A stretch of 32,000 nt of DNA from an uncultured Bacteroidales bacterium (GCA_910586395.1 CAJUFX010000003.1:164893-196892), one strand, 5' to 3'; numbered from the stretch's first letter, positions 18,127 through 27,652 are shown. Translations and numbers: made by a program. The notes: a model not told the origin generated them from the letters alone.

Positions 18127-18987
18127 ATGTCAATAGTAACACTTTTAAGCGATTGGGGGCTGTCCGATTACTATGCGGCCGCCGTCAAGGGCCGCTTGTA
18201 CGGCGAGTGGCCGGAAGTGCGCGTCGTCGATATCTCGCATCAGATTCCAAAATACGACATCGTTTCAGCCGCTTACGTCCTTCGGCAGGCCTACCCGTAT
18301 TTTCCACAAGGCACCATCCACTGCATAGGCGTCAACGACATCGCAACCGAAAAACAACCGCATATCATCGTTCTGGAAGCCGGCCAGTATTTCATCGGAA
18401 CCGACAACGGCCTGTTCACGCGTCTTTTCGATCATAAACCGGCCGCGGCCTGGCGCATCCTGCTGGCCCCCGACGGCCACGCCGCCACCTTCCCGTCGCT
18501 CAACCTGTTTCCGCTCGTGGCCCTGCATTTGGGGCGAGGCGGTCATCCGGAAGAAATAGGCGAGCCATACGGCTGGCCGGACAGAAACTTCAACATGCAC
18601 ACGAACGTGGCCTTTTGCGATTACGATTATGCGCCGGACGGCCGACCGGCAGGCGCCTGCATTACCGGCAGCATCATCTATATCGACAGCTACGGCAACG
18701 GCGTCACGAACATCACGCGGCCAATGTTCGAACAGGCGTTGGCCGAATTTCCGCGTTTCGAAATCCGGCTTCAGTCTTACGATGCCCGCCGCGGCAAAAA
18801 ACCGTTCAACAGGATTAGCCGCGTTTATGCCGATGAACCCGAAGCCGACCTGTGCGCCTTGTTTTTAGACAACCAACAGTTGGAAATATCGTTGAGCCAT
18901 GCTTCGGCAGCCCAATTGATCAACATGAAACTCGGTTCGGCCGTCCGGATTTATTTCCGCCCTGGGCAAACCGTTATAACCGGTTAA
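18127..18987 (+). CDS. S-adenosyl-L-methionine hydroxide adenosyltransferase family protein (chlorinase/fluorinase fold)
   Basis: MSIVTLLSDWGLSDYYAAAVKGRLY, VVDISHQIPKYDIVSAAYVLRQAYPYFPQGTIHCIGVNDI, GPDNGL-like GTDNGLFTRLFD, IYIDSYGNGVTNI. Confidence 0.93.
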   Translation: MSIVTLLSDWGLSDYYAAAVKGRLYGEWPEVRVVDISHQIPKYDIVSAAYVLRQAYPYFPQGTIHCIGVNDIATEKQPHIIVLEAGQYFIGTDNGLFTRLFDHKPAAAWRILLAPDGHAATFPSLNLFPLVALHLGRGGHPEEIGEPYGWPDRNFNMHTNVAFCDYDYAPDGRPAGACITGSIIYIDSYGNGVTNITRPMFEQALAEFPRFEIRLQSYDARRGKKPFNRISRVYADEPEADLCALFLDNQQLEISLSHASAAQLINMKLGSAVRIYFRPGQTVITG

Positions 18988-19000
18988 GCCGTAATTTTTT

Positions 19001-21373
19001 ATGTTCGCCATCGTCAAAAAAGAAATCCGCTCGTTTTTCGCCGGCCCGTCGGCCTACCTGACGGGAACCGTATTTCTCGTACTCAACGCCTGCGTGCTGT
19101 TCATCCTGCCCACGCCCTACAACCTGTTCGACAGCGGTTTCGCCGCCATGGACGGCTTTTTCGAATGGATGCCGCTCGTGTTCCTGTTTCTGATTCCGGC
19201 TCTCTGCATGCGCGGTTTCGCGGAAGAAAAGAAGACCGGCACGCTCGAAACGCTGCTGACGCGCCCCGTATCGGAAGCCGCCATCGTGGGCGGCAAGTGG
19301 TTGGCCGTCTTCATCCTGCTGGTTTTATTCCTGTTGCCGGCCTTCCTTTACCGTTACTGCCTGTCTGAACTCGCCACGCCGCCGGGCAATATCGACCGGG
19401 CCGCCTTTTGGGGCGCGTTTGTCGGCGTCTTGCTGCTGGGGAGCGTCTTTATCTCGATAGGGCTTTGCCTCTCGGCCTGTACGCGCAGTCAAATGATGGC
19501 GTTCATCCTGTCGGCCGCCGCCTGCGCCGTATTCTACTGGGGCTTTGACGCGCTGTCACGCCTGCCGCTTTTCGGCCGCTTCGACTTACAGACGGCCTCT
19601 CTCGGCCTGCGTCACCACTACCGTTCGTTGAGCCGCGGCGTCATCGATTTGCGCGACGTGGTCTATTACATCGTGCTCGCCGCCCTTTTCTTCGGCTTGA
19701 CGGTCCTGCGCATCGCACGGCAGCGGAAAAGCCTGAAACGGCCGGCCATCGGCCTTGCGGGCGGGCTTCTACTCATCAGCATAGGCGCCGCCGTCTGGGG
19801 CGGCCGCTGGGATCTGACGGCCGACAAACGCTATACGCTCCTGCCTGTCTCGAAAGAGATTCTGCAATCCGGCAAAGAGCCCGTCTTGGTCAAGGTCTAT
19901 CTGACGGGCGACCTGCCGGCGGCCTTCAAGCGCATGGAAAAGAGCCTGCGCGAACTGCTTGACGAGTGCCGGCTCTACCGGCCCGACCTGCGTTACCGTT
20001 TCATCGACATCTACGAGGCCGAATCGGCCAAAAGCGAAGCGCTCGTGCGCGAACTCATGGAAAAAGGATTGGAGCCGACCCAACTCGAAGTCAAGACCAA
20101 AGAGGGGATGACGCGCCGGCTGATTTTTCCGTGCGCCGAACTGACGATAGGCGAGCGGACGCTGCCGCTCAACCTGTTGCAACCGCAACTCGGCCAGGAC
20201 GCCCAAAACACGCTGAACCGCAGCGTCGAAAACCTGGAACTGCAACTCATTCAGGCGATCCGGCTCATGGAGACGCCACCCGCCCAGCGCGTGGCCTTTC
20301 TCGAAGGCCAGGGCGAATGGCCGTTCAGCCGCACGCTCTCGGTAGGCAAGGCCCTGAGCCTTTTTTACCGCACCGAACGCTGGGCTTTCGGCGACACCAC
20401 GCCGCTCGAAGCCTACGACCTGCTGATTGTGGCACGGCCGACCGAAGCGTTCAGCGAAGCGGACAAATACCGGATTGACCAATACGTCATGCAGGGCGGC
20501 AAGCTGTTATGGCTGATCGACCCGAGCAACGCCAGTATGGATTCCCTGCGCAAGTACGAAGAGGAACTGGCCTTGCTCCATCCGCTCAACTGGGAGGAGG
20601 TCTGGTTCCGCTACGGCTTCCGTCTGCGCAACGAACTGATTTTAGATCTTAACGCCTGCCCGTCGCCGGTCGTGACCGGGTATATGGGCAACCGGCCGCT
20701 TATCGAATTCATCCCGAACGTTTATCGCCCCGTGCTTCTGCCGGCCGATTCGGTCATGGGCCGACAGCTGGAACCGCTCTGCGGCGAGTTCGTAGCCGGC
20801 GTGGACACCATCGCCAACGCCTTGGTCAAACGGCCGTTGCTACAGACTTCGGCCCATACGCGCCGCGTGCCGCTGCCGCATGCCGTTTCGGCCGACCTCA
20901 TGCGCGAGCAACTGGAACCCGAATTATTTGAGGGTGGCGTACAGACCGTGGGCTGGTGGATAGAGGGCGTCTTCGAATCGGCCTTCAAGGCGCGGCGCCC
21001 CGAAGCGACCGCCTCTATGGGGGCTTTCCGGGCGCAGAGCGAACCGACAGCCATGGTTGTCATCGGCGACGGCGACCTGATACGCAACGACTTCGACCCG
21101 CGGAGCGGGGAGGCCTTTCCGGCCGGTTTCGACCCTTACGCCGCCCGTCTCTACGGCAATCAGGATTTCCTGATACGCACCGTACACCTGCTCTGCGGCC
21201 ATCCCGAATGGATACCGCTCAGGGAACGGCAGATCGCGTGGCGGCTGTTGGACGCCGCCCGCGTGGAACAGACGCGCGGCCGCTGGACGGTCGTGCTGCT
21301 GGCCGTGCCGTTGGCCGTACTTTTCGCGCTCGGTTTCGGCCTCGGCCATCTACGAAAGAAAAACTTTAAATGA
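19001..21373 (+). CDS. Fused GldF-GldG protein (ABC-2 permease plus GldG-like extracytoplasmic domain)
   Basis: N-terminal about 245 aa is a GldF-type permease (IVKKEIRSFFAGPSAYLTGTVFL, FAEEKKTGTLETLLTRPVSE). The remainder is GldG-like (WDLTADKRYTLLPVSKEIL...PVLVKVYLTGDLPAAFKRMEKSLRELLDECR) with a C-terminal TM helix. Confidence 0.85.
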   Translation: MFAIVKKEIRSFFAGPSAYLTGTVFLVLNACVLFILPTPYNLFDSGFAAMDGFFEWMPLVFLFLIPALCMRGFAEEKKTGTLETLLTRPVSEAAIVGGKWLAVFILLVLFLLPAFLYRYCLSELATPPGNIDRAAFWGAFVGVLLLGSVFISIGLCLSACTRSQMMAFILSAAACAVFYWGFDALSRLPLFGRFDLQTASLGLRHHYRSLSRGVIDLRDVVYYIVLAALFFGLTVLRIARQRKSLKRPAIGLAGGLLLISIGAAVWGGRWDLTADKRYTLLPVSKEILQSGKEPVLVKVYLTGDLPAAFKRMEKSLRELLDECRLYRPDLRYRFIDIYEAESAKSEALVRELMEKGLEPTQLEVKTKEGMTRRLIFPCAELTIGERTLPLNLLQPQLGQDAQNTLNRSVENLELQLIQAIRLMETPPAQRVAFLEGQGEWPFSRTLSVGKALSLFYRTERWAFGDTTPLEAYDLLIVARPTEAFSEADKYRIDQYVMQGGKLLWLIDPSNASMDSLRKYEEELALLHPLNWEEVWFRYGFRLRNELILDLNACPSPVVTGYMGNRPLIEFIPNVYRPVLLPADSVMGRQLEPLCGEFVAGVDTIANALVKRPLLQTSAHTRRVPLPHAVSADLMREQLEPELFEGGVQTVGWWIEGVFESAFKARRPEATASMGAFRAQSEPTAMVVIGDGDLIRNDFDPRSGEAFPAGFDPYAARLYGNQDFLIRTVHLLCGHPEWIPLRERQIAWRLLDAARVEQTRGRWTVVLLAVPLAVLFALGFGLGHLRKKNFK

Positions 21374-22458
21374 GCATGCGAATAAAACTGACAAACAAAA
21401 TACTAGTATATCTCTTAATAACGCTCGCCATCGGCTTGGCCGGCCTTTACGCCTTCCGCCTGCAGGGGCGGCAACGGTCGCTCAACCTGCGGGCGGCGAC
21501 GGCCGAGGTTGTGGAAATCCGGCTTCGCGTGGCCGACACGTCGGTCCGGCTGTTCCGGCGGGCGGACGAATGGAGGCTGTCGCATCCGGCCCTGTCTGTG
21601 TCCGTCATGGCCGACGAGGCGGCCGTGGAGACGCTTTTGGACGACCTGAGGCATTGGGAGGTCAAGACGTTGGTGCCGGCCGAAGACTTTGAGACGGCAG
21701 CCGATACCGTCTCCACGCCCGTTTCAGGCCGCCTGCGCGTCTATACGCAGGGACGTTGGGGCGGTCTTTTCGGCCACCGCAAGGTATGGGACGGCCGTTT
21801 CCGTCGGAGCGACCGCGCGCTCTACCTGCGGGACAGCCGACGCCTTTACAGCCGCCTCTACGATCCGAGGCGGGCGGGCGAGGGCGGGGAAGCCGCCCTC
21901 GCGGCGGACTGCACGACCGCCCTCCGGCACTGGCGCGACCGCTGGATATCCCACTACTATTATTATGACATCGCCCGGGCCGAATGGCAGTCCGCCGACG
22001 GCCGGCGTTTCGTCTATACGCCGCCAACGGCCGCCGCGGGGACGACGCCGGCCGACCGCCCGTTCCATCCCCAACCGGCGGAGGGGGCGGCCTCCCCCTC
22101 CGGAAGCCCTGAAGCCGCCCTGTCGGCTTTCCGCGGCGTACGTTTCGACCGCTACGCCGAACCGGCCGACTCGGCCGCCCTCGCAACAGCCCTGAACGCG
22201 CCGCCCGCCGCCGTCTTCTCGGTCGTCTCCACCGCCGGCGACAGCACGCGCCTGACCGCCTACACGCTCTACGACACGGCCGGCCGGGCCGACTGGTTCC
22301 GCCTCTGCGGCATTCTGGACCGCCATACCGTGCCGGCCGCCGTCAAGGGCCATCGTCCGGCCGCCCCCCTCCGCACGCGCGACACGGTCTTCCTCAACTA
22401 CCCGCCGCTCGACCGCCTGCGCGCCGCCCTGGCCACGTATCCCCTCAACGAGCCTTGA
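21370..22458 (+). CDS. DUF4340-like membrane-anchored protein
   Basis: N-terminal TM segment, then repeated VxxIxLxVxDxSVRLFRRADEWRLS-type units. ATGA overlap with the gldFG-like gene. Confidence 0.55.
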   Translation: MSMRIKLTNKILVYLLITLAIGLAGLYAFRLQGRQRSLNLRAATAEVVEIRLRVADTSVRLFRRADEWRLSHPALSVSVMADEAAVETLLDDLRHWEVKTLVPAEDFETAADTVSTPVSGRLRVYTQGRWGGLFGHRKVWDGRFRRSDRALYLRDSRRLYSRLYDPRRAGEGGEAALAADCTTALRHWRDRWISHYYYYDIARAEWQSADGRRFVYTPPTAAAGTTPADRPFHPQPAEGAASPSGSPEAALSAFRGVRFDRYAEPADSAALATALNAPPAAVFSVVSTAGDSTRLTAYTLYDTAGRADWFRLCGILDRHTVPAAVKGHRPAAPLRTRDTVFLNYPPLDRLRAALATYPLNEP

Positions 22459-22520
22459 AACCGAACTTCTTAACAGGCACGATCGCTTGGCCGCACTGCT
22501 GAGCCACCATTTCAGACCGA

Positions 22521-22552
22521 TTTGTAAAAACGGCAAAATAAAAGTATATTTG
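22521..22552 (+). promoter_or_regulatory. Promoter for dnaN
   Basis: TTTG-N20-TATATTTG, with the ATG at 22601. Confidence 0.75.
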
Positions 22553-22600
22553 CATTGCTTTTAAGCCTAACGCGATTATATACCGAAAACCTTATATTCT

Positions 22601-23728
22601 ATGAGATTCATCGTCAACAGCCAGGTTCTGCTCAAACATCTGCAGGCCGTAGGCGGCGTCATTTCCACCAACACGTCCATGCCCATTCTGGAGAATTACC
22701 TGTTCGACCTGCGGGGTTCGGAACTCTCCATCATCGGCTCCAACGCCGAAACCACGATTATGGTGACGCTTGAAGTGGAATCGAACGAAGACGGCCGCGT
22801 GGCCATTCCCTCCAAGATGTTGCAGGAAATCGTCAAGACGTTCCCCGACATGCCGATGGTGTTCCAGATAGACAACGACAATTTCGGCGTCGAAATCTCG
22901 GTAGGCGAGGACGGCAATTACAAACTGGCCGGCGAAGACCCCGCCGCCTATACTGAAATCCCGATGGTGGAAGGCGAACTCGGCAAAACCGAATTGCCGG
23001 CCGACCTGCTTTCGAGCGCGATTTCCAAGACCGTCTTCGCGACGGGTAACGACGCATTGCGCATGGTTATGTCGGGCGTCTATTTCGAACTCTCGCCCGA
23101 AAACCTGACGTTCGTGGCCACCGACGCCCACAAGCTCGTCCGTTATCGCCGTACCGACGCCCACGCGGCGGCCAGCGGTCATTTCATCGTGCCCAAGCGC
23201 GCGTTGTTGCAACTTAAGAACGTGCTTTCGCTACGCAAGGAAAACGTGCCCGTCACGATGGTCTATAACGACCGCAACGTATTCTTCTCGTTTGAGAAAG
23301 TACAGATTATCTGCCGCCTCATCGATGGCAAATACCCCAACTACGATGCGGTCATCCCGAAAGACAACCCGCACCGCCTCACGATCGACCGCGCCTCTTT
23401 CCTGACGGCCCTGCGCCGCATCGCGATTTTCGCCGAACAGTCGGTTCCCCAGGCGCGCTTGAAAATCAGCGGCAAGGAACTGCTCCTCTCGGCCGAAGAC
23501 GTGGCCAAGTCGAACGCGGCCAAAGAAAAACTCGCATGCCAGTACGAGGGCGAACCGATAGAAATCGGTTTCAACGCCAAATTCCTCATCGAAATGCTCA
23601 ACAACATCGAGACCGAGGAAGTCTGCCTCGCGATGTCGCATCCGAGCCGGGCGGGCATATTGCTGCCGGTCAACAATGCCGACGAAGCCGAAGACATCCT
23701 CATGCTCGTCATGCCGGTGGCCCTGTAA
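22601..23728 (+). CDS. dnaN: DNA polymerase III beta subunit (sliding clamp)
   Basis: MRFIVNSQVLLKHLQAVGGVISTNTSMPILENYLFDL, KTVFATGNDALRMVMSGVYFEL, TDAHKLVRYRR, C-terminus MLVMPVAL. Confidence 0.97.
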   Translation: MRFIVNSQVLLKHLQAVGGVISTNTSMPILENYLFDLRGSELSIIGSNAETTIMVTLEVESNEDGRVAIPSKMLQEIVKTFPDMPMVFQIDNDNFGVEISVGEDGNYKLAGEDPAAYTEIPMVEGELGKTELPADLLSSAISKTVFATGNDALRMVMSGVYFELSPENLTFVATDAHKLVRYRRTDAHAAASGHFIVPKRALLQLKNVLSLRKENVPVTMVYNDRNVFFSFEKVQIICRLIDGKYPNYDAVIPKDNPHRLTIDRASFLTALRRIAIFAEQSVPQARLKISGKELLLSAEDVAKSNAAKEKLACQYEGEPIEIGFNAKFLIEMLNNIETEEVCLAMSHPSRAGILLPVNNADEAEDILMLVMPVAL

Positions 23729-23807
23729 AAGGCGACCGCGAAAAACCGCGAAAACCCGCCGGAAACAAACCCGGCAATACTTTATAAACAATCTAAACAA
23801 TTATACT

Positions 23808-24035
23808 ATGGCTAAAATCAAAGGAGAAATCGTAGTAGACAAGGAACGCTGCAAAGGTTGCGAAGTCTGCACGACCGCTTGCCCGACCAAGACGATCGGC
23901 ATGTCTAAAGAAGTGAACGGCAAAGGCTACCACTTTGCCATGATGATCAGCGACACCTGCATCGGCTGTGCGTCTTGCGCGATGATCTGCCCCGACGGCG
24001 TCATCACGGTTTACAAGGCCAAAATCGAAGAATAA
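23808..24035 (+). CDS. 2-oxoacid:ferredoxin oxidoreductase delta subunit (4Fe-4S ferredoxin type)
   Basis: Two CxxCxxCxxxCP motifs (CKGCEVCTTACP, CIGCASCAMICP). Start at the 23808 ATG inside the longer ORF. Confidence 0.9.
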   Translation: MAKIKGEIVVDKERCKGCEVCTTACPTKTIGMSKEVNGKGYHFAMMISDTCIGCASCAMICPDGVITVYKAKIEE

Positions 24036-24156
24036 GCAGGGGAGCGAATCCCACGTTTTCAAGAGGCCGAAACCATACCCGGTTTGCCTGGGCATGGCCG
24101 GAACCGGAAAACGCGCCTTGAAAAGGAATTAAAACAACAACAAAAGCATAAAAGTA

Positions 24157-25233
24157 ATGGAAGAATTACGTTTAATGAAAGGGAACGAAGCCATCGCCGA
24201 GGCCGCCATCCGCGCCGGTTGCGACGGCTATTTCGGTTATCCTATCACGCCCCAGTCCGAGGTGATGGAATACTTGATGAAAGAACGTCCCGAAAATCGT
24301 ACCGGCATGGTGGTGCTGCAAGCCGAAAGCGAATTGGCCGCCATCAACATGGTTTACGGCGGTGCCTGCTGCGGCAAACGCGTCATGACCTCTTCGTCCA
24401 GCCCCGGTTTCAGCTTGAAACAGGAAGGCATTTCCTATATGGCCGGCGCCGAATTGCCCTGCCTTATCCTCAACGTCGTACGCGGCGGTCCCGGTCTGGG
24501 TACGATCCAGCCGGCCCAGTCCGACTATTTCCAATCCACGAAGGGCGGCGGCCACGGGGACTACCGTCTGATCGTCCTCGCGCCCTCTTCCGTACAGGAA
24601 ATGGCCGATTTTGTGGCTTTGGGCTTCGACTTGGCGTTCAAATACCGGATGCCGTCGTTGATTTTGTCGGATGGCGTCATCGGTCAGATGATGGAAAAGG
24701 TCGTATTGCCGGAACAGCGTCCGCGTTTCACGGAAGCCGAAATCCGCAAGAATACGCCTTGGGCCACGGTGGGCAAGACGCCCGACCGCGAGCACAACAT
24801 CATCACGTCCTTGGACATGGATGCGGCCAGTCAGGAAAGACACGTTCTGCACCTGCAGGAAAAATACAACGCGGTGGAACAGAACGAAGTCCGCTTTGAA
24901 GAGATTCAATGCGAAGACGCCGACTACATCTTTGTCGCCTACGGCTCATGCGCCCGTATCTGCCAGAAAGCCGTGGATTTGGCCCGCGCCAAAGGCATCA
25001 AGGTGGGTCTGTTGCGTCCCATCACGCTCTTCCCGTTCCCGACCAAGGAAATCGCCCGTCTGGCTGAAAAAGCCAAAGGCTTCCTCTCGGTGGAAATGAG
25101 TTTGGGTCAGATGGTGGAAGACGTCCGTCTGGCGGTGAACGGCAAAACGAAAGTAGAATTCTACGGTCGTGTAGGCGGTATCATCCCCAACCCGGATGAA
25201 GTAGTTAACGCATTAGAAACAAAATTATTATAG
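24157..25233 (+). CDS. vorB: 2-oxoacid (3-methyl-2-oxobutanoate)-type:ferredoxin oxidoreductase alpha subunit
   Basis: LMKGNEAIAEAAIRAGCDGYFGYPITPQSEVMEYL, QAESELAAINMVYGGACCGKRVMTSSSSPGFSLKQEG, PGLGTIQPAQSDY. The substrate class is not proven by sequence. Confidence 0.9.
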   Translation: MEELRLMKGNEAIAEAAIRAGCDGYFGYPITPQSEVMEYLMKERPENRTGMVVLQAESELAAINMVYGGACCGKRVMTSSSSPGFSLKQEGISYMAGAELPCLILNVVRGGPGLGTIQPAQSDYFQSTKGGGHGDYRLIVLAPSSVQEMADFVALGFDLAFKYRMPSLILSDGVIGQMMEKVVLPEQRPRFTEAEIRKNTPWATVGKTPDREHNIITSLDMDAASQERHVLHLQEKYNAVEQNEVRFEEIQCEDADYIFVAYGSCARICQKAVDLARAKGIKVGLLRPITLFPFPTKEIARLAEKAKGFLSVEMSLGQMVEDVRLAVNGKTKVEFYGRVGGIIPNPDEVVNALETKLL

Positions 25234-25241
25234 GAGGTTGT

Positions 25242-26018
25242 ATGGCATCAAACATTTGCACACCCGAGAACTTGGTTTACAAGAAAACCGCTCTCATGAC
25301 CGATAATGTCCTGCACTACTGTCCCGGTTGCGGTCACGGTACCATACACCGTACCTTGATGGAAGTCGTAGACGAAATGGGTCTTCAGGAAAAGACCATC
25401 GGCATCGCGCCGGTAGGTTGCTCGGTTTTCGCTTACAATTATATGAACGTGGATATGCAGGAAGCGGCCCACGGACGTGCGCCCGCGTTGGCGACGGCCG
25501 TCAAGCGCCTCATGCCCGAAAAGTTCGTCTTCACCTATCAGGGCGACGGCGACTTGGCGGCCATAGGCACGGCTGAAACGATTCATGCCTGCAACCGCGG
25601 CGAAAACATCCTGATGATTTTCGTGAACAACGCGATTTACGGTATGACCGGCGGTCAGATGGCGCCTACGACGCTCGAAGACATGAAGACCGCCACGAGC
25701 CCCTACGGTCGCGATGTCAATAAGGTGGGTTGGCCGTTGCGCATCACGGAAATGATTGCGCAACTCAACGGTGTCCGCAACGTTTCGCGTCATTCGGTAC
25801 ATACGGCCGCGGCCGTCCGCACGCTGAAGAAAGCGATCAAGAAAGGCATCGAAGACCAGATGGCCAACAAAGGCGGTCTGACCTTCATCGAAGTCATGTC
25901 GAACTGCAACTCCGGTTGGAAGATGAAACCGACCGACGCCAACAAATGGATGGTGGAGAACGTGTTCGAATACTTCAAGCCGGGCGACATCAAAGTAGAT
26001 GGCCAATTGGTAAGATAA
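25242..26018 (+). CDS. 2-oxoacid:ferredoxin oxidoreductase beta subunit (TPP-binding)
   Basis: YCPGCGHGTIHRTLMEV, QGDGDLAAIGTAETIHACNRGENILMIFVNNAIYGMTGGQMAPTT. Confidence 0.93.
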   Translation: MASNICTPENLVYKKTALMTDNVLHYCPGCGHGTIHRTLMEVVDEMGLQEKTIGIAPVGCSVFAYNYMNVDMQEAAHGRAPALATAVKRLMPEKFVFTYQGDGDLAAIGTAETIHACNRGENILMIFVNNAIYGMTGGQMAPTTLEDMKTATSPYGRDVNKVGWPLRITEMIAQLNGVRNVSRHSVHTAAAVRTLKKAIKKGIEDQMANKGGLTFIEVMSNCNSGWKMKPTDANKWMVENVFEYFKPGDIKVDGQLVR

Positions 26019-26047
26019 GGGATTATTCACGCTAAAATCACAAAACA

Positions 26048-26593
26048 ATGACAGAAGAAATTATTATAGCAGGATTCGGTGGGCAAGGGGTATTGTCTAT
26101 GGGCAAAATCCTGGCCTACTCGGGCGTGATGGAAAACAAGGAGGTCAGCTGGATGCCTTCCTACGGTCCTGAAATGCGCGGCGGTACGGCCAACGTATCG
26201 GTCATCATCAGCGATGAACGCATTTCCTCTCCCGTCATCAATGCTTTCGATACGGCCATCGTGCTCAACCAGCAGTCGATGGACAAATTCGAAAGCGCGG
26301 TCAAACCCGGCGGCTGCCTGATTTACGATCCCAACGGCATCACGCGTCACCCGGAACGCAAAGACATTAAAGTCTATACGATTGCGGCCAACGACGCGGC
26401 CAACGAAATGGGCTTGAGCAAAGTGTTCAACATGATCGTATTGGGCGGTTTTCTGAAAGTAAAACCGTTGCTTCAAGCCGAATTCATCCACAAAGGTTTG
26501 GAAAAATCCTTGCCGGCCCGTCACCACAATTTGATTCCGGAAAACGAGAAGGCGATAGAACTGGGTAAGTCTTTAATCAAAGAAGTACGCTAG
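26048..26593 (+). CDS. 2-oxoacid:ferredoxin oxidoreductase gamma subunit
   Basis: EIIIAGFGGQGVLSMGKILAYSGVMENKEVSWMPSYGPEMRGGTANVSVIISDERISSP. Confidence 0.93.
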   Translation: MTEEIIIAGFGGQGVLSMGKILAYSGVMENKEVSWMPSYGPEMRGGTANVSVIISDERISSPVINAFDTAIVLNQQSMDKFESAVKPGGCLIYDPNGITRHPERKDIKVYTIAANDAANEMGLSKVFNMIVLGGFLKVKPLLQAEFIHKGLEKSLPARHHNLIPENEKAIELGKSLIKEVR

Positions 26594-26614
26594 TTTTTTC
26601 CATTCCTCTGTTAA

Positions 26615-26650
26615 AGGCGGCTCCGTTTCAACGAGGCCGCCTTTTTTTAT
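26615..26650 (+). terminator. Rho-independent terminator of the vor-like operon
   Basis: AAAGGCGGC...GCCGCCTTTTTTT. Confidence 0.9.
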
Positions 26651-26676
26651 ACGCCCATTATTACCGATATTTTTAG

Positions 26677-26684
26677 TACCTTTG
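26677..26684 (+). promoter_or_regulatory. Candidate -7 box TACCTTTG for the phosphate acyltransferase
   Basis: Matches TAnnTTTG between the terminator and the ATG at 26740. No TTTG at optimal -33 spacing. Confidence 0.5.
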
Positions 26685-26739
26685 CGGTCTTTTACGGGAA
26701 ACACGCAACCTGATTAAGAATTTATAAACAATTACAAAT

Positions 26740-27648
26740 ATGGTAATCAATAAATTAGATCAAATGTTCGAGCTTCTTCGGAGCAAGGACAAAAAACGTT
26801 TGGTAGCGGCCTACGCCAACGACTCCCACACCATCGGCGCCGTAAGCAAGGCTATTGACCTCGGGATTGTAGAGGCTACCTTGGTAGGTGACGAAGCGAC
26901 AATCGCGAAAGTATGCCAGGAAGAAGGCATCGACGTCAAGAAATTCAAAATCGTGCAGGAAGCCGACGAAAACAAGGCGGCGGCCCTGGCGGTTAAATTG
27001 ATCAACGACGGCGAAGGCAATTTATTGATGAAAGGCTTGGTGAGCACCGACAAATATATGCGGGCCATTCTGAACAAGGAAAAAGGCCTGATGCCCGGAT
27101 CCAAAGCCATGCTGACCCACGTGGCCGTCATGCAGAACCCGTTTTACCACAAACTTTTGGTCGTAAGCGACATGGCCATTATTCCGGCGCCGGATTTGAA
27201 ACAGAAAGTAGCGATTTGCAACTACTTGATTTCGACGGCCAAAATGATCGGCATCGAAAAACCGAAAGTAGCGGTTATCGCGGCCACCGAACAGATGTCG
27301 GCCGGTATGCAGGCTTGCGTGGACGCCGCCTTGATTTCCAAAATGGCCGACAGAGGCCAGATTAAGGGCGCGTTCGTGGACGGTCCGTTGGCCTTGGATG
27401 TGGCCATTGACAAGGAAGCCTGCGAAATCAAGAAAATCGGCGGACAAGTAGGCGGCGATGCCGACTGCTTGCTGTTCCCGAACATCGAATCGGGCAACGT
27501 GTTCTATAAGATGCACACCAAATTCTGCAAAGGCGATTTGGGCGCGATGGTGGTCGGTGCGAAAGTACCGTGCATCCTCTCGTCGCGCGGCGACAGCGAA
27601 AAGGTAAAACTGTACTCGATTGCGTTGGCGGCTTTGTGCGCGAAATAA
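26740..27648 (+). CDS. Phosphate butyryl/acetyltransferase family protein
   Basis: NDGEGNLLMKGLVSTDKYMRAILNKEKGL, VVSDMAIIPAPDLKQKVAICNYLI, GPLALDVAIDKEAC, VGGDADCLLFPNIESGNVFYK, GAKVPCILSSRGDSEKVKLYSIALA. Confidence 0.9.
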   Translation: MVINKLDQMFELLRSKDKKRLVAAYANDSHTIGAVSKAIDLGIVEATLVGDEATIAKVCQEEGIDVKKFKIVQEADENKAAALAVKLINDGEGNLLMKGLVSTDKYMRAILNKEKGLMPGSKAMLTHVAVMQNPFYHKLLVVSDMAIIPAPDLKQKVAICNYLISTAKMIGIEKPKVAVIAATEQMSAGMQACVDAALISKMADRGQIKGAFVDGPLALDVAIDKEACEIKKIGGQVGGDADCLLFPNIESGNVFYKMHTKFCKGDLGAMVVGAKVPCILSSRGDSEKVKLYSIALAALCAK

Positions 27649-27652
27649 TTTA

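Noticed and set aside
24084-24899. 271-aa plus-strand ORF starting in the vor-like spacer
   Set aside because: It overlaps the alpha subunit in another frame and is Arg/Gly-rich nonsense typical of an out-of-frame reading.
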